Assembly (NCBI GenBank): GCA_963725335.1
Contig: CAVRYD010000011.1
Coordinates: 301,605-365,604, forward strand
DNA from: an uncultured Acidobacteriota bacterium
GTDB lineage: Bacteria; Acidobacteriota; Vicinamibacteria; Vicinamibacterales; 2-12-FULL-66-21
DNA: 64,000 nucleotides
Reading direction: 5' to 3'
Shown here: positions 36,290 to 48,662 of the stretch, in pieces
Numbering within the stretch: position 1 is the first letter of the stretch
Layout: each line of letters starts with the position of its first letter
Translations under genes and position numbers: made by a program
The notes under the pieces: generated by a model
Database searches by the model: none
What the model was told of the DNA's origin: nothing
Seen by the model: the letters and a program-made list of their open reading frames with translations, nothing else

Positions 36290-37114
36290 ATGCAGGTAAC
36301 AGCCCGGCTGGTCCTGGTTACGATCGTTGCTCTCGGCATCACTCCGACCGGTGCCCTTTCACAAATCCGGATTCAGCCAACAGCTCCACCAACGACCGTA
36401 GCCGACAACGAAAGTTGGTATCAAGCGGGGGAGCCGATCTTCTTTGCCGGTAACGTCTACTACCCGGCGGGTCCCGTGATTCATTTTCTCCCCAATGAGA
36501 TGGTGCTGAGCGGCCTCTATCGCGCCGTTCCCCTGTACTCGCGAACGACGATTGAGCCGTACAGCGTAGTGTTCGTGCCCCTGTCTGGCGGTTTGATGAA
36601 ATCGTACGAGCGGCAGCGAGCCGGAGATCTTGCCGGGACGACTGGCAGCTCCGTGCCGTCTCTGCCCGTCGAAATCCCAACCTCGTTTACACCCACTCCA
36701 CGAATCCAGGCAGCTGGACCACCATTCGTGGAGACGCAGACAGCGGTCGGCGCCACAACGCGGGAGGACCCGCTGACTGGCTCGCGAGTCCAAACGAGTG
36801 TTGAACCGCTGCTGGAGCGATCGGCCGTCCTGACGAATTCGCAGGGGCTCGGGACAGCCGGCCGGGTATCCTCTTCCCGGAGTCGAAACGGGCGCGTCGA
36901 TCGCGACGTCAAGAACGGAATGTTCGTGGAATTCAATCACACACGCTGGTACGCGAGCGCTCCTCCCCAGTCCATCGATCCGGCCAGGCTCCGCCCCATC
37001 GGTGACTGGCATGGGTTCCCGGTTTACACCGCGCCCAGCACCGGCGAGTCCACAATCTACATACCAATCGCTCTAGGAGTCGATGCGCTTGCGGCGTACT
37101 CCCGACGGAAATGA
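36290..37114 (+). CDS. Hypothetical secreted protein with an internal ~60-aa duplication
   Basis: Signal peptide MQVTARLVLVTIVALGITPTGALS. The N-terminal module FFAGNVYYPAGP...LSGLYRAVPLYS...YSVVFVP and the C-terminal module FVEFNHTRWYASAP...IGDWHGFPVYT...STIYIPI align position by position. Confidence 0.5.
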   Translation: MQVTARLVLVTIVALGITPTGALSQIRIQPTAPPTTVADNESWYQAGEPIFFAGNVYYPAGPVIHFLPNEMVLSGLYRAVPLYSRTTIEPYSVVFVPLSGGLMKSYERQRAGDLAGTTGSSVPSLPVEIPTSFTPTPRIQAAGPPFVETQTAVGATTREDPLTGSRVQTSVEPLLERSAVLTNSQGLGTAGRVSSSRSRNGRVDRDVKNGMFVEFNHTRWYASAPPQSIDPARLRPIGDWHGFPVYTAPSTGESTIYIPIALGVDALAAYSRRK

Positions 37115-37232
37115 TGCGTGATTTGTAATCCGGCTTCGTGCGAGTGAATCTGATACTCAGACTTTCGACGTTCGTGATCGCGCTCGACGACGATCATCGA
37201 GCGGTCTGGCAGCGAACTTTCATCGTTGAAAG

Positions 37233-37733
37233 TTGTCACGTGTGAACCTGACGCGGCGAATTGTCTTCGGCAGGGATCCCCGCCGCACCCTGGTGCGAGT
37301 GCTCGTTCTCGCCTCATTGAGCTTCATCATCTTCAAGTGGGTGCTCATCCCGATTCGTGCGGAGGGGATCAGCATGGAGCCTACGTATCGATCGGGTTCG
37401 CTGAACCTGGTCAATCGTCTGGCGTACCGCTACAGAAAGCCGGACCGAGGCGATATCGTCGCAATCAAACTAGCCGGGCCGCACGTGCTCTATGTGAAAC
37501 GAATCATCGGCTTGCCGGGAGAGAGCATCTCGATTGCGCAGGGACAGGTCTACATCAATGGCGTCCCACTCAACGAGCCCTACGTCAGGAATCGACGTCC
37601 GTGGGACAAACCTGCAGTGACGTTGACCGCTCGCGAGTACTTCGTCATCGGCGACAATCGCGGAATGCGTAGGGAGGACCACGATTTCGGCCGGGTCGAC
37701 GTGTCGAGGATACTCGGCAGGGTGATTTATTGA
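37233..37733 (+). CDS. lepB: Signal peptidase I
   Basis: Intact 166-aa ORF with S26 boxes GISMEPT, GDIVAIK, YVKRIIGLPGE and VIGDNRGMRREDHDFG. Confidence 0.85.
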   Translation: MSRVNLTRRIVFGRDPRRTLVRVLVLASLSFIIFKWVLIPIRAEGISMEPTYRSGSLNLVNRLAYRYRKPDRGDIVAIKLAGPHVLYVKRIIGLPGESISIAQGQVYINGVPLNEPYVRNRRPWDKPAVTLTAREYFVIGDNRGMRREDHDFGRVDVSRILGRVIY

Positions 37734-38234
37734 CCAGTCGCCTGATCGTTCGTGCGTTGATCCTGCTCGTCCTGCTGACCGGCGGAATACTCGCGTGGCG
37801 CAGCCGCTCGACCCCTGATGAACGTGCGATCCGTGCCCGTCTCGAGGCCCTTCGCAACGAAGTGAACACGAGCACTAAGGACGGCCTCGGAACAGCCGCT
37901 CGCGCCGTGCAGATAGGAAGCTATTTCACTGAGGATGCGATCGTCGAGCTTGGTGAGAGATCGGTGCCGATCAAGGGGCCGCGACACGCTGATGGGAATG
38001 GCGGCCCGCTTACAGCCGCGCACCGCCGCCTTTCGCATGGACCTGGACGATGTCAGCGTGGACATGTTGCCCGACAGCGATGCCGCGGACGTACTGCTGA
38101 CTGCCAGCTTCGTCAGGCGGAATGTCTCGACGGGAGAAGAGTCGCTCGATGCTCGCGAATACGCGCTCGTCATGACAAAGGTCGACGGCACCTGGCGGAT
38201 CGCTCGCATCACCGCTATAGATACCCTTCGGTGA
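37730..38234 (+). CDS. Hypothetical membrane-anchored NTF2/SnoaL-like protein (one frame break near 37975)
   Basis: TM anchor LIVRALILLVLLTGGILAW. The C-terminal DVLLTASFVRRN...EYALVMTKVDGTWRIARITAI is an NTF2-like beta-sheet pattern. Weak assignment. Confidence 0.35.
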
Positions 38235-38252
38235 ATTGAACGAGGAGGATGG

Positions 38253-38715
38253 ATGCTGACGGCCGGAGATGAGGCCCCGGATTTCGAACTCAGAAGCCAC
38301 AGAGGCGGAACGGTGAAGCTCTCTGACTTTCGCGGAAAGAAGAACGTCGTGCTGGCTTTTCATCCGCTGGCATTCACTCCCGTCTGCGCGAACCAGATGC
38401 GCGGCTACGAAGACGATCGGCGCGGTTCGAGGAAGCTGGCGCGTCGGTCCTCGGCATCAGCATTGATGCCCAACCCGCGAAGGCCGCCTGGGCGCAAAAC
38501 GCTCGACCCGATTTCCTACGATCTGCTGAGCGACTTTCACCCTCACGGAGAAGTCGCGACGAAATACGGCGTGTTCCGGCAGAAGGAAGGATTCTCCGAA
38601 CGCGCGATCTTCGTCATCGACAAGCGCGGCCGTATCGCCTGGTCGAAGGTCTACGACATTCCAGAGCAGCCGAACAACGACGGAAGTACTCGCGGAACTC
38701 GGACGGCTCACGTAA
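38253..38715 (+). CDS. AhpC/TSA-family peroxiredoxin, AhpE-like (three frame breaks)
   Basis: [40 protein letters not shown]; then [16 protein letters not shown] in another frame; [19 protein letters not shown]...[12 protein letters not shown]; tail [10 protein letters not shown] to TAA 38713-38715. Confidence 0.75.
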
Positions 38716-38927
38716 ATTTTGCGCGCTGCGCCAAGGCTCAGGCGGATCCTGCGTAGCTTCGCGACGGTGGAGACCTTGTCGATGTGATGTCGAAGGCTAA
38801 GGCCGAAACCCTCAACCTTCGACAAACCTGGCCGCGGGCGGCGGCCGCCCGGGAGCGAGGATACGAGCCGGCGATTTTCGGCTGACGAGGCAGGTAGTCA
38901 GCCCTGCCGGCACCGGTGGGTGCAACT

Positions 38928-39197
38928 CTAAGCTACGGCCAACTTTTGGCCTTGGCGCGTTTTCGCAATTGGACCAGGCTGAGCTCCTTCCAGCCGGATG
39001 TAGGCGCCGTCGCGCGTCTGCGCAAGGAACTTTGCGTCGACGAGGGCGCCAAGCAATGCATCACAGACGTCTCGCTCCAGTCCCCAGAGCCGCTGCGCCT
39101 GGGCGGGCGTCAGTCGAAGTCCGGGCATTTCCACGTATTCACCCTGAATTCGCTGAAGCACGTCATCGATGCGCATGGCGCCTCCCGAGAACGTCAA
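38928..39197 (-). CDS. Small hypothetical protein (possible winged-helix fold)
   Basis: 89-aa ORF with coding-like composition in an otherwise unassigned gap. An AT-richer putative promoter region lies upstream (39200-39330). No family recognised. Confidence 0.3.
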   Translation of the reverse strand: MTFSGGAMRIDDVLQRIQGEYVEMPGLRLTPAQAQRLWGLERDVCDALLGALVDAKFLAQTRDGAYIRLEGAQPGPIAKTRQGQKLAVA

Positions 39198-39423
39198 CCC
39201 GATTGTTTTGAGTCAGTGAACTCTACAAAAGCAACTCGTGTACCCAACAGCGGGTGGTGAGGCGGCGCAGTATCTGCAGGACGGTCGGACGAGTCTTAAA
39301 GCTATTGAAAATGAATTATCTTAGCTGGTGCGAGCCGACGAGCGTCCGCGACTGCGGCCCCGTCTTGAACGTCAGCCGAAACGTACTTTGCGCCGTCGGT
39401 GGTTGTCGGGATTCGCTACGGAT

Positions 39424-39454
39424 CAAAAAAAGGGCCCAGCTTGCTGGCTGGGCC
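39424..39454 (-). terminator. Rho-independent terminator of the HlyD-ABC-FtsX-FtsX operon
   Basis: Minus strand: GGCCCAGC-CAGCAA-GCTGGGCC (8-bp GC stem at 39433-39440 / 39447-39454) followed by CTTTTTTTG. It begins 7 nt after the stop at 39461. Confidence 0.75.
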
Positions 39455-39460
39455 GTACCG

Positions 39461-40659
39461 TCAGAGTTCTCGAAGAGCAGTGACGACTGGCAGAGGGGCG
39501 GCCCGAATCGCCGGGAGAAGACCGCCAGCAGACCCATGACGAGCGAGATGACGAGCGCAGTCAGCAGCAGCTGTGGCGTGACCGCGAATGCGAACGCGAT
39601 CTGGCTGAACGACTGGAAGTTCATCGTCGCGGTCTGGTAGCCGTCGAACGCCAGCCACGCGATCGCGCCGCCGATGACGCCGCCGACGATCGCCCAGCAG
39701 GATCGGCCTCGGCAAGCACCGAAACCACGACGGGAATGCTGCCGAACCCGAGCGCGCGCAGCGTGGCGATTTCGCGGGTGCGGCTCGCGACGGCGGTGTA
39801 CATCGTGTTCACCGCGCCGAACACCGCGCCGATGCCCATCAGGACCGGCGATGATGCCGCCGATCGTGCGGATGATCGTCTGCAGCGTCTGCGGTCTGGC
39901 TGCCGTAGTAGTCCGGCTGCGCGCATCGCGCGACACGGTCAGCTGCGGGTCGGTCGTCAGCGCGTCCTTCAGCTGCTGGAACGAGTCGGGCGACGCGAGC
40001 CGCGCGTAGACCGACTGGTAACTGTTGCCGCGGCGGTAGGCCGGCTGCAGCACCTTGACGTCGCACCACAGCTCGGACTCCGAGACCGCGTCCGCCGTCG
40101 TCGAAGATGCCGACCAGCTGTCCAGGTGTTCTCGCCCCACTTCAGCGTCGTGCCGACGTTGAGGTTCGACGAACTGCCGCGCCGCCGCCCGGCCGGCGAT
40201 GATCTCGTTCTTGCCGGGCTCGAACTTGCGCCCCTCGACGATCTTCAGCGTTGTGTGCACCTGGAACGCCTCCGGCGATCACGCCGCGCAGCGGCACGTT
40301 CGCCGGGCTGCCGGACCGCTTCAGCGGGTGATCGACGACGACGAACAGCTCGGGGGACGACATCGGCGCGCCCGAGGCGTCGCGCGCGATGCCCGGCGCG
40401 TCCTGGATGACGCGGACGGCGTCGCCGCGTGAGGCCGCTCGTCATCTCGGTGTCGCTGCCGGCGCGCATGATCATCACGAGTGTCTGGGATCGCCCGACG
40501 CCTTCATCGTCGCGTGCGAAGCCTTCCGCGATCGACAGCACCGCCGACGAACACGAGCACGACGCCGGCGATGCCGATCACGGCGACGGTCGACGAGCCG
40601 AGCGCGCGCGGGATCGAGCGGAGGTTGACGCCGGTGACGGCGACGATCTGCGAGAGCAT
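39461..40659 (-). CDS. ABC transporter permease, FtsX/MacB-type, second copy (many frame breaks)
   Basis: MLSQIVAVTGVNLRSIPRALGSS..., periplasmic-domain fragment HTTLKIVEGRKFEPGKNEIIAGRAAARQF, and C-terminal TM block ending GLLPAIRAA(R)LPVVTALREL in ORF 39461-39715. Confidence 0.75.
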
Positions 40660-41835
40660 CTAGTTCCTCCTCAGCGCGTCGACGATGCGCAGCCGGCTGG
40701 CCTGCAGCGCCGGCAGGAACCGGTGGCGAGGCCGAGCGCGACGACGAGCACGACGCCGACCACGAGCCTGCGGCGGCGGGAAGTAGAACGGCGGGCAGCA
40801 ATGCCGTGCGGTCGGATCGCCGACCAGCGTGATGAACGCATACGACAGCGCAAGCCCGAGCCCGCCGCCGACGATGCGCGATGAGGCAGCGACTCGAGCA
40901 GCACCAGCGCCAGGATGCGGCCGTCGCCGAAGCCGAGCGTCTTGAGCACGGCGAGCTCGTTGGTGCGCTCGCGGATCGCCTGCGCCATGGTGTTGCCGGC
41001 GACCAGCAGGATCGTGAACATCGCCATCGCGACGATCCACATCATGATCTTGCCGATGTCGCCGATCTGCTTGGCGAAGCCGGAGACGAACGCCTTCTCG
41101 GTGTTCGTCTTCGTCTCGGACGGCGAGTTGGCGAACATCGCGTCGATCTTCGCGGCGATCTCGGGCGCGCGATCCGGATCCGTCGACCGTGAACACGTAC
41201 CAGCTGTAACGATCGCTGAAGCCGCTCTGCTCCGGGATCGTCTCGCTCAGGAACTCGTAGTGGAAGACAGGTTGCGTCTTGTCCGCGCCCTTGATCGTCG
41301 AGTCGTAGATGCCGTCGATCGTGAATTCCCACGGGCCGCCGTCAGGGCGGCGGTAGATCGTTCCCTGGATCGGCACGCGGTCGCCGACCTTCCAGCCGAA
41401 TCTCTTCGCGGTGTCGACGCCGACGATCGCGCCGGTGCGGTCGGCGAGCCAGGCCTTCTTCTGATCCTCGGGCAGCTCGAATCTTCGGGTAGATGCGCAG
41501 CCAGCTCTCCGGATCGACCGCCAACGTTGGCGAACTGGTTCTCGGAGTCCTGGTAGTAGCCGCCGAACCAGTTCGCGTGGGTGATGTCGGTGACGCCCTC
41601 GACCTGCTTGATCTGCTGCTCGTAGCTGCGCCGGCAGCGGGTTGATGATCGAGACCTTGTCGATCACCATCAGCCGGCCCTGCGCCGGCGATGTCGACGC
41701 CCATGCTGAAGGCCGATGCGGATCGCCATCAGCACGCCGAACAGCAGGAACGCGACGAAGATCGCGCAGCATCGTGAAGATCGTGCGGACCTTCCGCCGC
41801 AGCAGGTTGCGCCAGACGAGGGGAAGGAACTTCAT
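40660..41835 (-). CDS. ABC transporter permease, FtsX/MacB-type, first copy (many frame breaks)
   Basis: [73 protein letters not shown] (ORF 40671-41138), tail [18 protein letters not shown]. Its ATG overlaps the ATPase stop (ATGA). Confidence 0.75.
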   Translation of the reverse strand: MKFLPLVWRNLLRRKVRTIFTMLRDLRRVPAVRRADGDPHRPSAWASTSPAQGRLMVIDKVSIINPLPAQLRAADQAGRGRHRHHPRELVRRLLPGLREPVRQRWRSIRRAGCASTRRFELPEDQKKAWLADRTGAIVGVDTAKRFGWKVGDRVPIQGTIYRRPDGGPWEFTIDGIYDSTIKGADKTQPVFHYEFLSETIPEQSGFSDRYSWYVFTVDGSGSRARDRREDRRDVRQLAVRDEDEHREGVRLRLRQADRRHRQDHDVDRRDGDVHDPAGRRQHHGAGDPRAHQRARRAQDARLRRRPHPGAGAARVAASSRIVGGGLGLALSYAFITLVGDPTARHCCPPFYFPPPQARGRRRARRRARPRHRFLPALQASRLRIVDALRRN

Positions 41836-42525
41836 GCGACCGCCTCCGCCTGCGTCACGAGGACGCCTTTGTCGAGGTGCAGCGTCCGCTTCGCGCGCGC
41901 CGCGGCGTGCGGGTCGTGCGTCACCATGACGATCGTCTTGCCGTGCTCGCGGTTGAGCGCCTGGAGCAGGTCGAGGATCTCGTCGCCCGACTTGCGATCG
42001 AGGTCGCCGGTCGGCTCGTCGCACAGCAGCAGCGTCGGGTCGGTGACGATCGCGCGCGCGATGCCGACGCGCTGCTCCTGGCCGCCCGACAGCTGGCGCG
42101 GGTAGTGGTGCATGCGCTCGGCCGAGTCCGACGACCGACAGCGCGACCTGCGACGCGCTTGCGGCGCTCGGCCTTCGACAGCTTCGTCAGCAGCAGCGGC
42201 AGCTCGACGTTCCGCGCCGCGGTCAGCACCGGCAGCAGGTTGTACAGCTGGAAGACGAACCCGACGTGCCGCGCGCGCCACGCCGACAGCCGTGCCGCCC
42301 GACAGCTTGTCGATGCGGTCGCCCGCCGACCGTGATCGATCCTTCGGTCGGCGTGTCGAGCCCGCCGATCAGGTTGAGCAGCGTGGTCTTGCCCGATCCC
42401 GACGGCCCCATCAGCGCGAGGAAGTCGCCCTCCGGGATGTCGAGGTTGACGCCCTGGAGGACGTCGATGCGCTGACCGCCGCGCTGAAATACCTTGTGGA
42501 GATCGCGAACTGTCACCAGAGACAT
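41832..42525 (-). CDS. ABC transporter ATP-binding protein, MacB/LolD-like (several frame breaks)
   Basis: Walker [14 protein letters not shown]-loop [10 protein letters not shown], signature [14 protein letters not shown], Walker [14 protein letters not shown]-loop VTHD. Confidence 0.85.
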
Positions 42526-42531
42526 TCGACA

Positions 42532-43771
42532 TCATTGCACCTTGACCTTGTCGCCGTCCTTCAGCGTCTGCGGGCCGTCGACGACGACCCGCTCGCCCGC
42601 GCTGAGTCCGGACAGCACTTCCGACCTGATCGCCGTGCGTCGATCCCGACGCTGACCGCGCGCCGCTCGACGCGATCGTCGTGCACCACGAACACGACTG
42701 CGCGTCCGTCCGCCGATCGGATCGCCGCCTTCGGCACGAGCAGCCGCGGCTGCGCCGCGGCCGCCGTCCGCGGCCGGGCGTTCGTCTCGAGGAACGAGAC
42801 CTTCACGCCCATGTCGGGCAGGATGCGCGGGTCGAGCTGCGTCGAACCCGATGCGCACCGGACGGTCGCCTTCTGTCGATCGGCCGACGGGATCGTCGTG
42901 ATCACGTGCGCCGGAATCCGCCAGTCGGGATAGGCGTCGAGCACCGCCTCGACCGGCTGCCCGCATGCACGCGGTTGATGTAGCTCTCGTTGACGTCGAC
43001 TTCGATCTCGAGCGACGACATGTCGACGATCGTCGCAGATGCCCGTGCGCGTGAAGCCGCCGCCGGCCGACACCGGCGAGATCATCTCGCCCGGCTGCGC
43101 GTCCTTGGAGATGGCGACGCCGTCGAACGGCGCGCGCACCACCATGTCGGCCAGATCGGTCTGTCGCTGGCTGACCTGGCTCTCGGCGACCTCGATCTGC
43201 TGCTCGGCCACGGCGATGCGCGCCTTCGAGCGACTCGACCTCGCGCGCTGCGCCGAATCCAGCTCGGCCTTGCCGATGACCTTCTCCTTGACCAGCTGCT
43301 CGCGGCGCGCCGAGCGTCAGCTCCGCCTCGCGTAGCCGCGCCTCGTCCTCGGCCGCGCCCGCGCTGCGCGGCCTCGAGCTGCGCCTCGGCGACCGCGAGC
43401 GCGGCGCGCACCTGCGAGTCGTCGAGCCGGGCCAGCACCTGTCCCTTGCTTGACCGGCTTTGCCTTCCTCGACGAACACCTCGAGCACTTTGCCGGTGAC
43501 CTTCGACGAGACCGTCGCCCGCCGGCGCGCGGTGACGTATCCCGAAGCGTTCAGCACCGCTCCCGGCGGCCGCCGCCGCCAGCTTTCTGCCTTCACCGCT
43601 GCGGCCTTCACCGGCAATCGCGTCCAGCCGCGTCGACCAGACCCAGCCCGCCAGCGGCGACCACGATGAGCAGGATCAGGACCGATGATCCGACACGCCG
43701 CGCTGCCACTGCCGGCTCGCGCGGTCGTGATCGATGTGCAGGGAGGCGAGCTCGTCGTTCAGATTCGGCAA
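42532..43771 (-). CDS. HlyD/MacA-family periplasmic adaptor (many frame breaks; start approximate)
   Basis: [29 protein letters not shown] lipoyl-like hairpin, coiled-coil [33 protein letters not shown], and C-terminal beta-barrel ending [17 protein letters not shown]. Confidence 0.7.
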
Positions 43772-43936
43772 ATGTCACCAGCGCACAATTGATAGTCGTG
43801 GACTGACGGGCGAAAATCGACTCTCGTCGGATCTTCAGTATAGCCGCACCCCCTACTTTACGGCGTCAGACCGTGGCCGGGTTGCGGTGTTCGGCGAATG
43901 GCGGATCGGGTTCCGGTCAGTTGCGACGTCCTGCCA

Positions 43937-43969
43937 AACGGAAAAGGGCGCGCCGATCATGGCGCGCCC
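43937..43969 (-). terminator. Rho-independent terminator of the respiratory super-operon
   Basis: Minus strand: GGGCGCGCC-ATGATC-GGCGCGCCC (perfect 9-bp stem, 43946-43954 / 43961-43969) followed by TTTTCCGTTT. About 107 nt downstream of the coxIV stop. Confidence 0.7.
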
Positions 43970-43996
43970 TCAGCTGAGCCGAATTTCGACGCAGTC

Positions 43997-44058
43997 GTAG
44001 CCGCAGAACCGGTGAACCACACAGAACCTGGTACGAACCCCGCAGAACCTATTGGAAC
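43997..44058. repeat. Phased GAACC array (word family 2) between the coxIV stop and its terminator
   Basis: GAAC(C/A) at 44006, 44014, 44024, 44035, 44045 and 44055 inside GCAGAACC / ACAGAACC / TACGAACC words. Confidence 0.8.
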
Positions 44059-44075
44059 ACCGTCTGAACGCTGTT

Positions 44076-44380
44076 CTAGCGCAGCGTCCCTGGCACCCAG
44101 CCGCGGCTGAGGTAGTCGCTCATCCCGATGCCGAACAGGATCAGCAGCCAGAAGAAGCCCGACATGGCCACGACCCAGGTCAGCCGCTGCTCCAGCGGAC
44201 GTGCATGAAGAAGAGAATGACGAGCGGTCGCCTTGGTGCACGGCGATGGCGAGCATCACGACGTTGTTGAGCGCGCCCATGTCGACGATGGCGGCGGCGA
44301 CAGTCAGCACGGTGCCGACGATCAGCGCCAGGAACACCGCGTAGTACAGGCTCTTCGGGGCGACGTGATGAGCACAGACA

Positions 44381-44381
<1 letters not shown>
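44076..44381 (-). CDS. Cytochrome c oxidase subunit IV (bacterial caa3-type small subunit) (two to three frame breaks)
   Basis: Reconstructed MS.HHVAPKSLYYAVFLALIVGTVLTVAAAIVDMG...LVILFFMHVRWSSRLTWV..FFWLLILFG. Its ATG overlaps the ctaE stop by 1 nt (TGATG). Confidence 0.65.
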
Positions 44382-45095
<714 letters not shown>

Positions 45096-45140
45096 CGGCC
45101 CGGGATAGTGCTCCGCGTGCGGGTGCGAATGACGCGCCCC

Positions 45141-46753
<1,613 letters not shown>

Positions 46754-46819
46754 GGTTAGTCCTTGCTTCCGGAGTCTGCGGCACCGCGGCACCCGCCGGC
46801 ACCGGAGGCGGCGCCGACG

Positions 46820-47753
46820 TCAGCCGAGCGACCGCACGTATGCGATGAGCTGCAGGAGCTGCTCCTCGGTCACCAGTCCCTGGAACGTCGGCATGATCGG
46901 CTGGAACCCGTTCACGATTTTCGCCTGCGGGATTCACAATCGACTCCCGGATGTACGACTCGTCGGCGACCGCGGTGCCGCCTCCCTGGAGCTGGACGGT
47001 GTGGCCGAACAGGCCTTTGAGCTGCGGGGCCCGCGGCCGAGCGCGTCATCCCGATGACAGGTGATGCAGGCGAGTCCGTGAACAGCTTCTCACCGGCCGC
47101 CGCCGGTGTGTCGGATGCGTTGCCGCCGCCGAGCCACGCTTGGAAGTCGGTCGGCTCCATCGCGTACACCCAGCCGATCATCCCTGAATGCTTGGTGCCG
47201 CAGTACTCCGCGCAGAACAGGTGGTATTTGCCGGGCTTGGTCGCGGTGAACCAGAGCACGTTGTAGCGCCCGGGAATGACGTCCGCTTTCACCCGGAACG
47301 CCGGAATGTAAGAAACTGTGGATGCACGTCCTCGGACCCCATCGATCAGCTTCACGGGTCTTCCCACCGGCACGTGCAGCTCGTTGATCTCTCGCGCGCC
47401 GTCCATGTGCTGCGCCTTCCACATCCACTGCTTGCCGACGATGTAGACCTCCATCGCGCCGGCCGGCGGCCGGTAGACGTCGAAGAAGACCTTCGCGCCC
47501 CACGCGAACATCACCATCGTGATCCCGAACGGGATGATCGTCCACAGCAGCTCGAGCGCCAGCGATCCATGGATGTCGGCGCCGACTTCGTCGCTCGTGC
47601 CGCCGGCGGAACTTGATCGCGAAGACGCACGACCAGCGACGCAATGAGCAGCGAGAAGAACGCGGTGACGGCGACCATGAAAAAGTAGATGCCATCGACC
47701 TGCGCCGCCTGGGCCGACGCCTGCTCCGGAAAGAACGGAAAATTCGTGAACAT
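46820..47753 (-). CDS. ctaC: Cytochrome c oxidase subunit II with C-terminal cytochrome c domain (caa3-type) (several frame breaks)
   Basis: [48 protein letters not shown], the CuA site [15 protein letters not shown], then the heme motif LACITCH recovered in another frame. Confidence 0.85.
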
Positions 47754-47772
47754 CGTTAGGTTCAGTTCGCCG

Positions 47773-48626
47773 TCACACGGCCCTCCCGCGTGCCCGCTCC
47801 TTCCGCAGGCTCACGAACAGGAACGTCAGAAATGCCAGCACCGTCGCGACGGCGCCAATGCGGACGGCCTCGATCGCCGCCGCGCCGTACTTTCCGGTCG
47901 CCGGGTCGTAGTGGTAGCAGAGCAGCAGGACGTCGTCGATCGGCGAGCCGATGTGCTCTTCCGATGCCTCGATGAGGCCGAACTTCAGATCGCGCGGCGA
48001 GTACTCGATCCCGTAGAAGTATTTCGAGACCACACCCTGCGGCGTGAGCACTTCGATGACCGCGCCGTGCGCGTACTGCTCGGATCTCGTCGTCGAAGGC
48101 GTACCGGAAACCGACCGAGGCTGCGAGTCGCTGGATGTGCTCTTCCTTGCCTGTCAGAAAATGCCAGCCCGCCGCCGTCTGCGGTCGCTTGTATCGCTCG
48201 AGATAGGCCTGCTTTTTCTGCGGCGGCCAGTCCGGGGCCTTCCTTCGGGTTGATACTCACCGCCACGACGTCGAACTCGCGGCCGGCGTCGAAGTTGAGC
48301 ACGCCGAGCGCGCTGACCATGCCGTTCAGCACCTGCGTGCACAGCATCGGGCACTCGTAATAGACCAGCGCCAGGATGACCGGCCGCTTACCAAAGAACT
48401 CCGACAGCGGAACCTCGCGTCCCGTCTCGTCTGTGAAGGTCAAGTCGAGCGGCACCTGCTGGTTCAGCCGTTGATCGATCCCGATCTTCTTCAGCAGGCC
48501 CGGCTTCGCCTTGGCCGGATCTCCTGCGCCATCCGGTGCAAGACCCTGCGCACTCACGGAGCCGGCTGCGGCAATCAGCACGGCGGTGGTCAGAAGTGCC
48601 GTTGAGACCCTGCGTAGAGGTTTCAC
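47773..48626 (-). CDS. SCO1/SenC-family copper chaperone (several frame breaks)
   Basis: Signal peptide, [24 protein letters not shown] (CxxxC), [15 protein letters not shown] 47773-48051 carries [14 protein letters not shown] and a C-terminal TM segment. Confidence 0.8.
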
Positions 48627-48631
48627 GTGCG

Positions 48632-48662
48632 CTTTCCCTTTCCCTTGTCCCTTTTCCCTTTA
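48632..48662. repeat. Purine-rich (A)GGGA(A) array filling the spacer before SCO (minus-strand sense)
   Basis: Minus strand reads TAA-AGGGAAAAGGGACAAGGGAAAGGGAAAGC-GCAC-GTG, five AGGGA/AAGGG units between the stop codon and the SCO start codon. Confidence 0.8.

Noticed and set aside
38831-38856. GC-rich inverted repeat (CGGGCGGC/GCCGCCCG) downstream of the peroxiredoxin gene as a terminator
   Set aside because: The arms are separated by only one nt, so only a short stem can form, and no T-tract follows.
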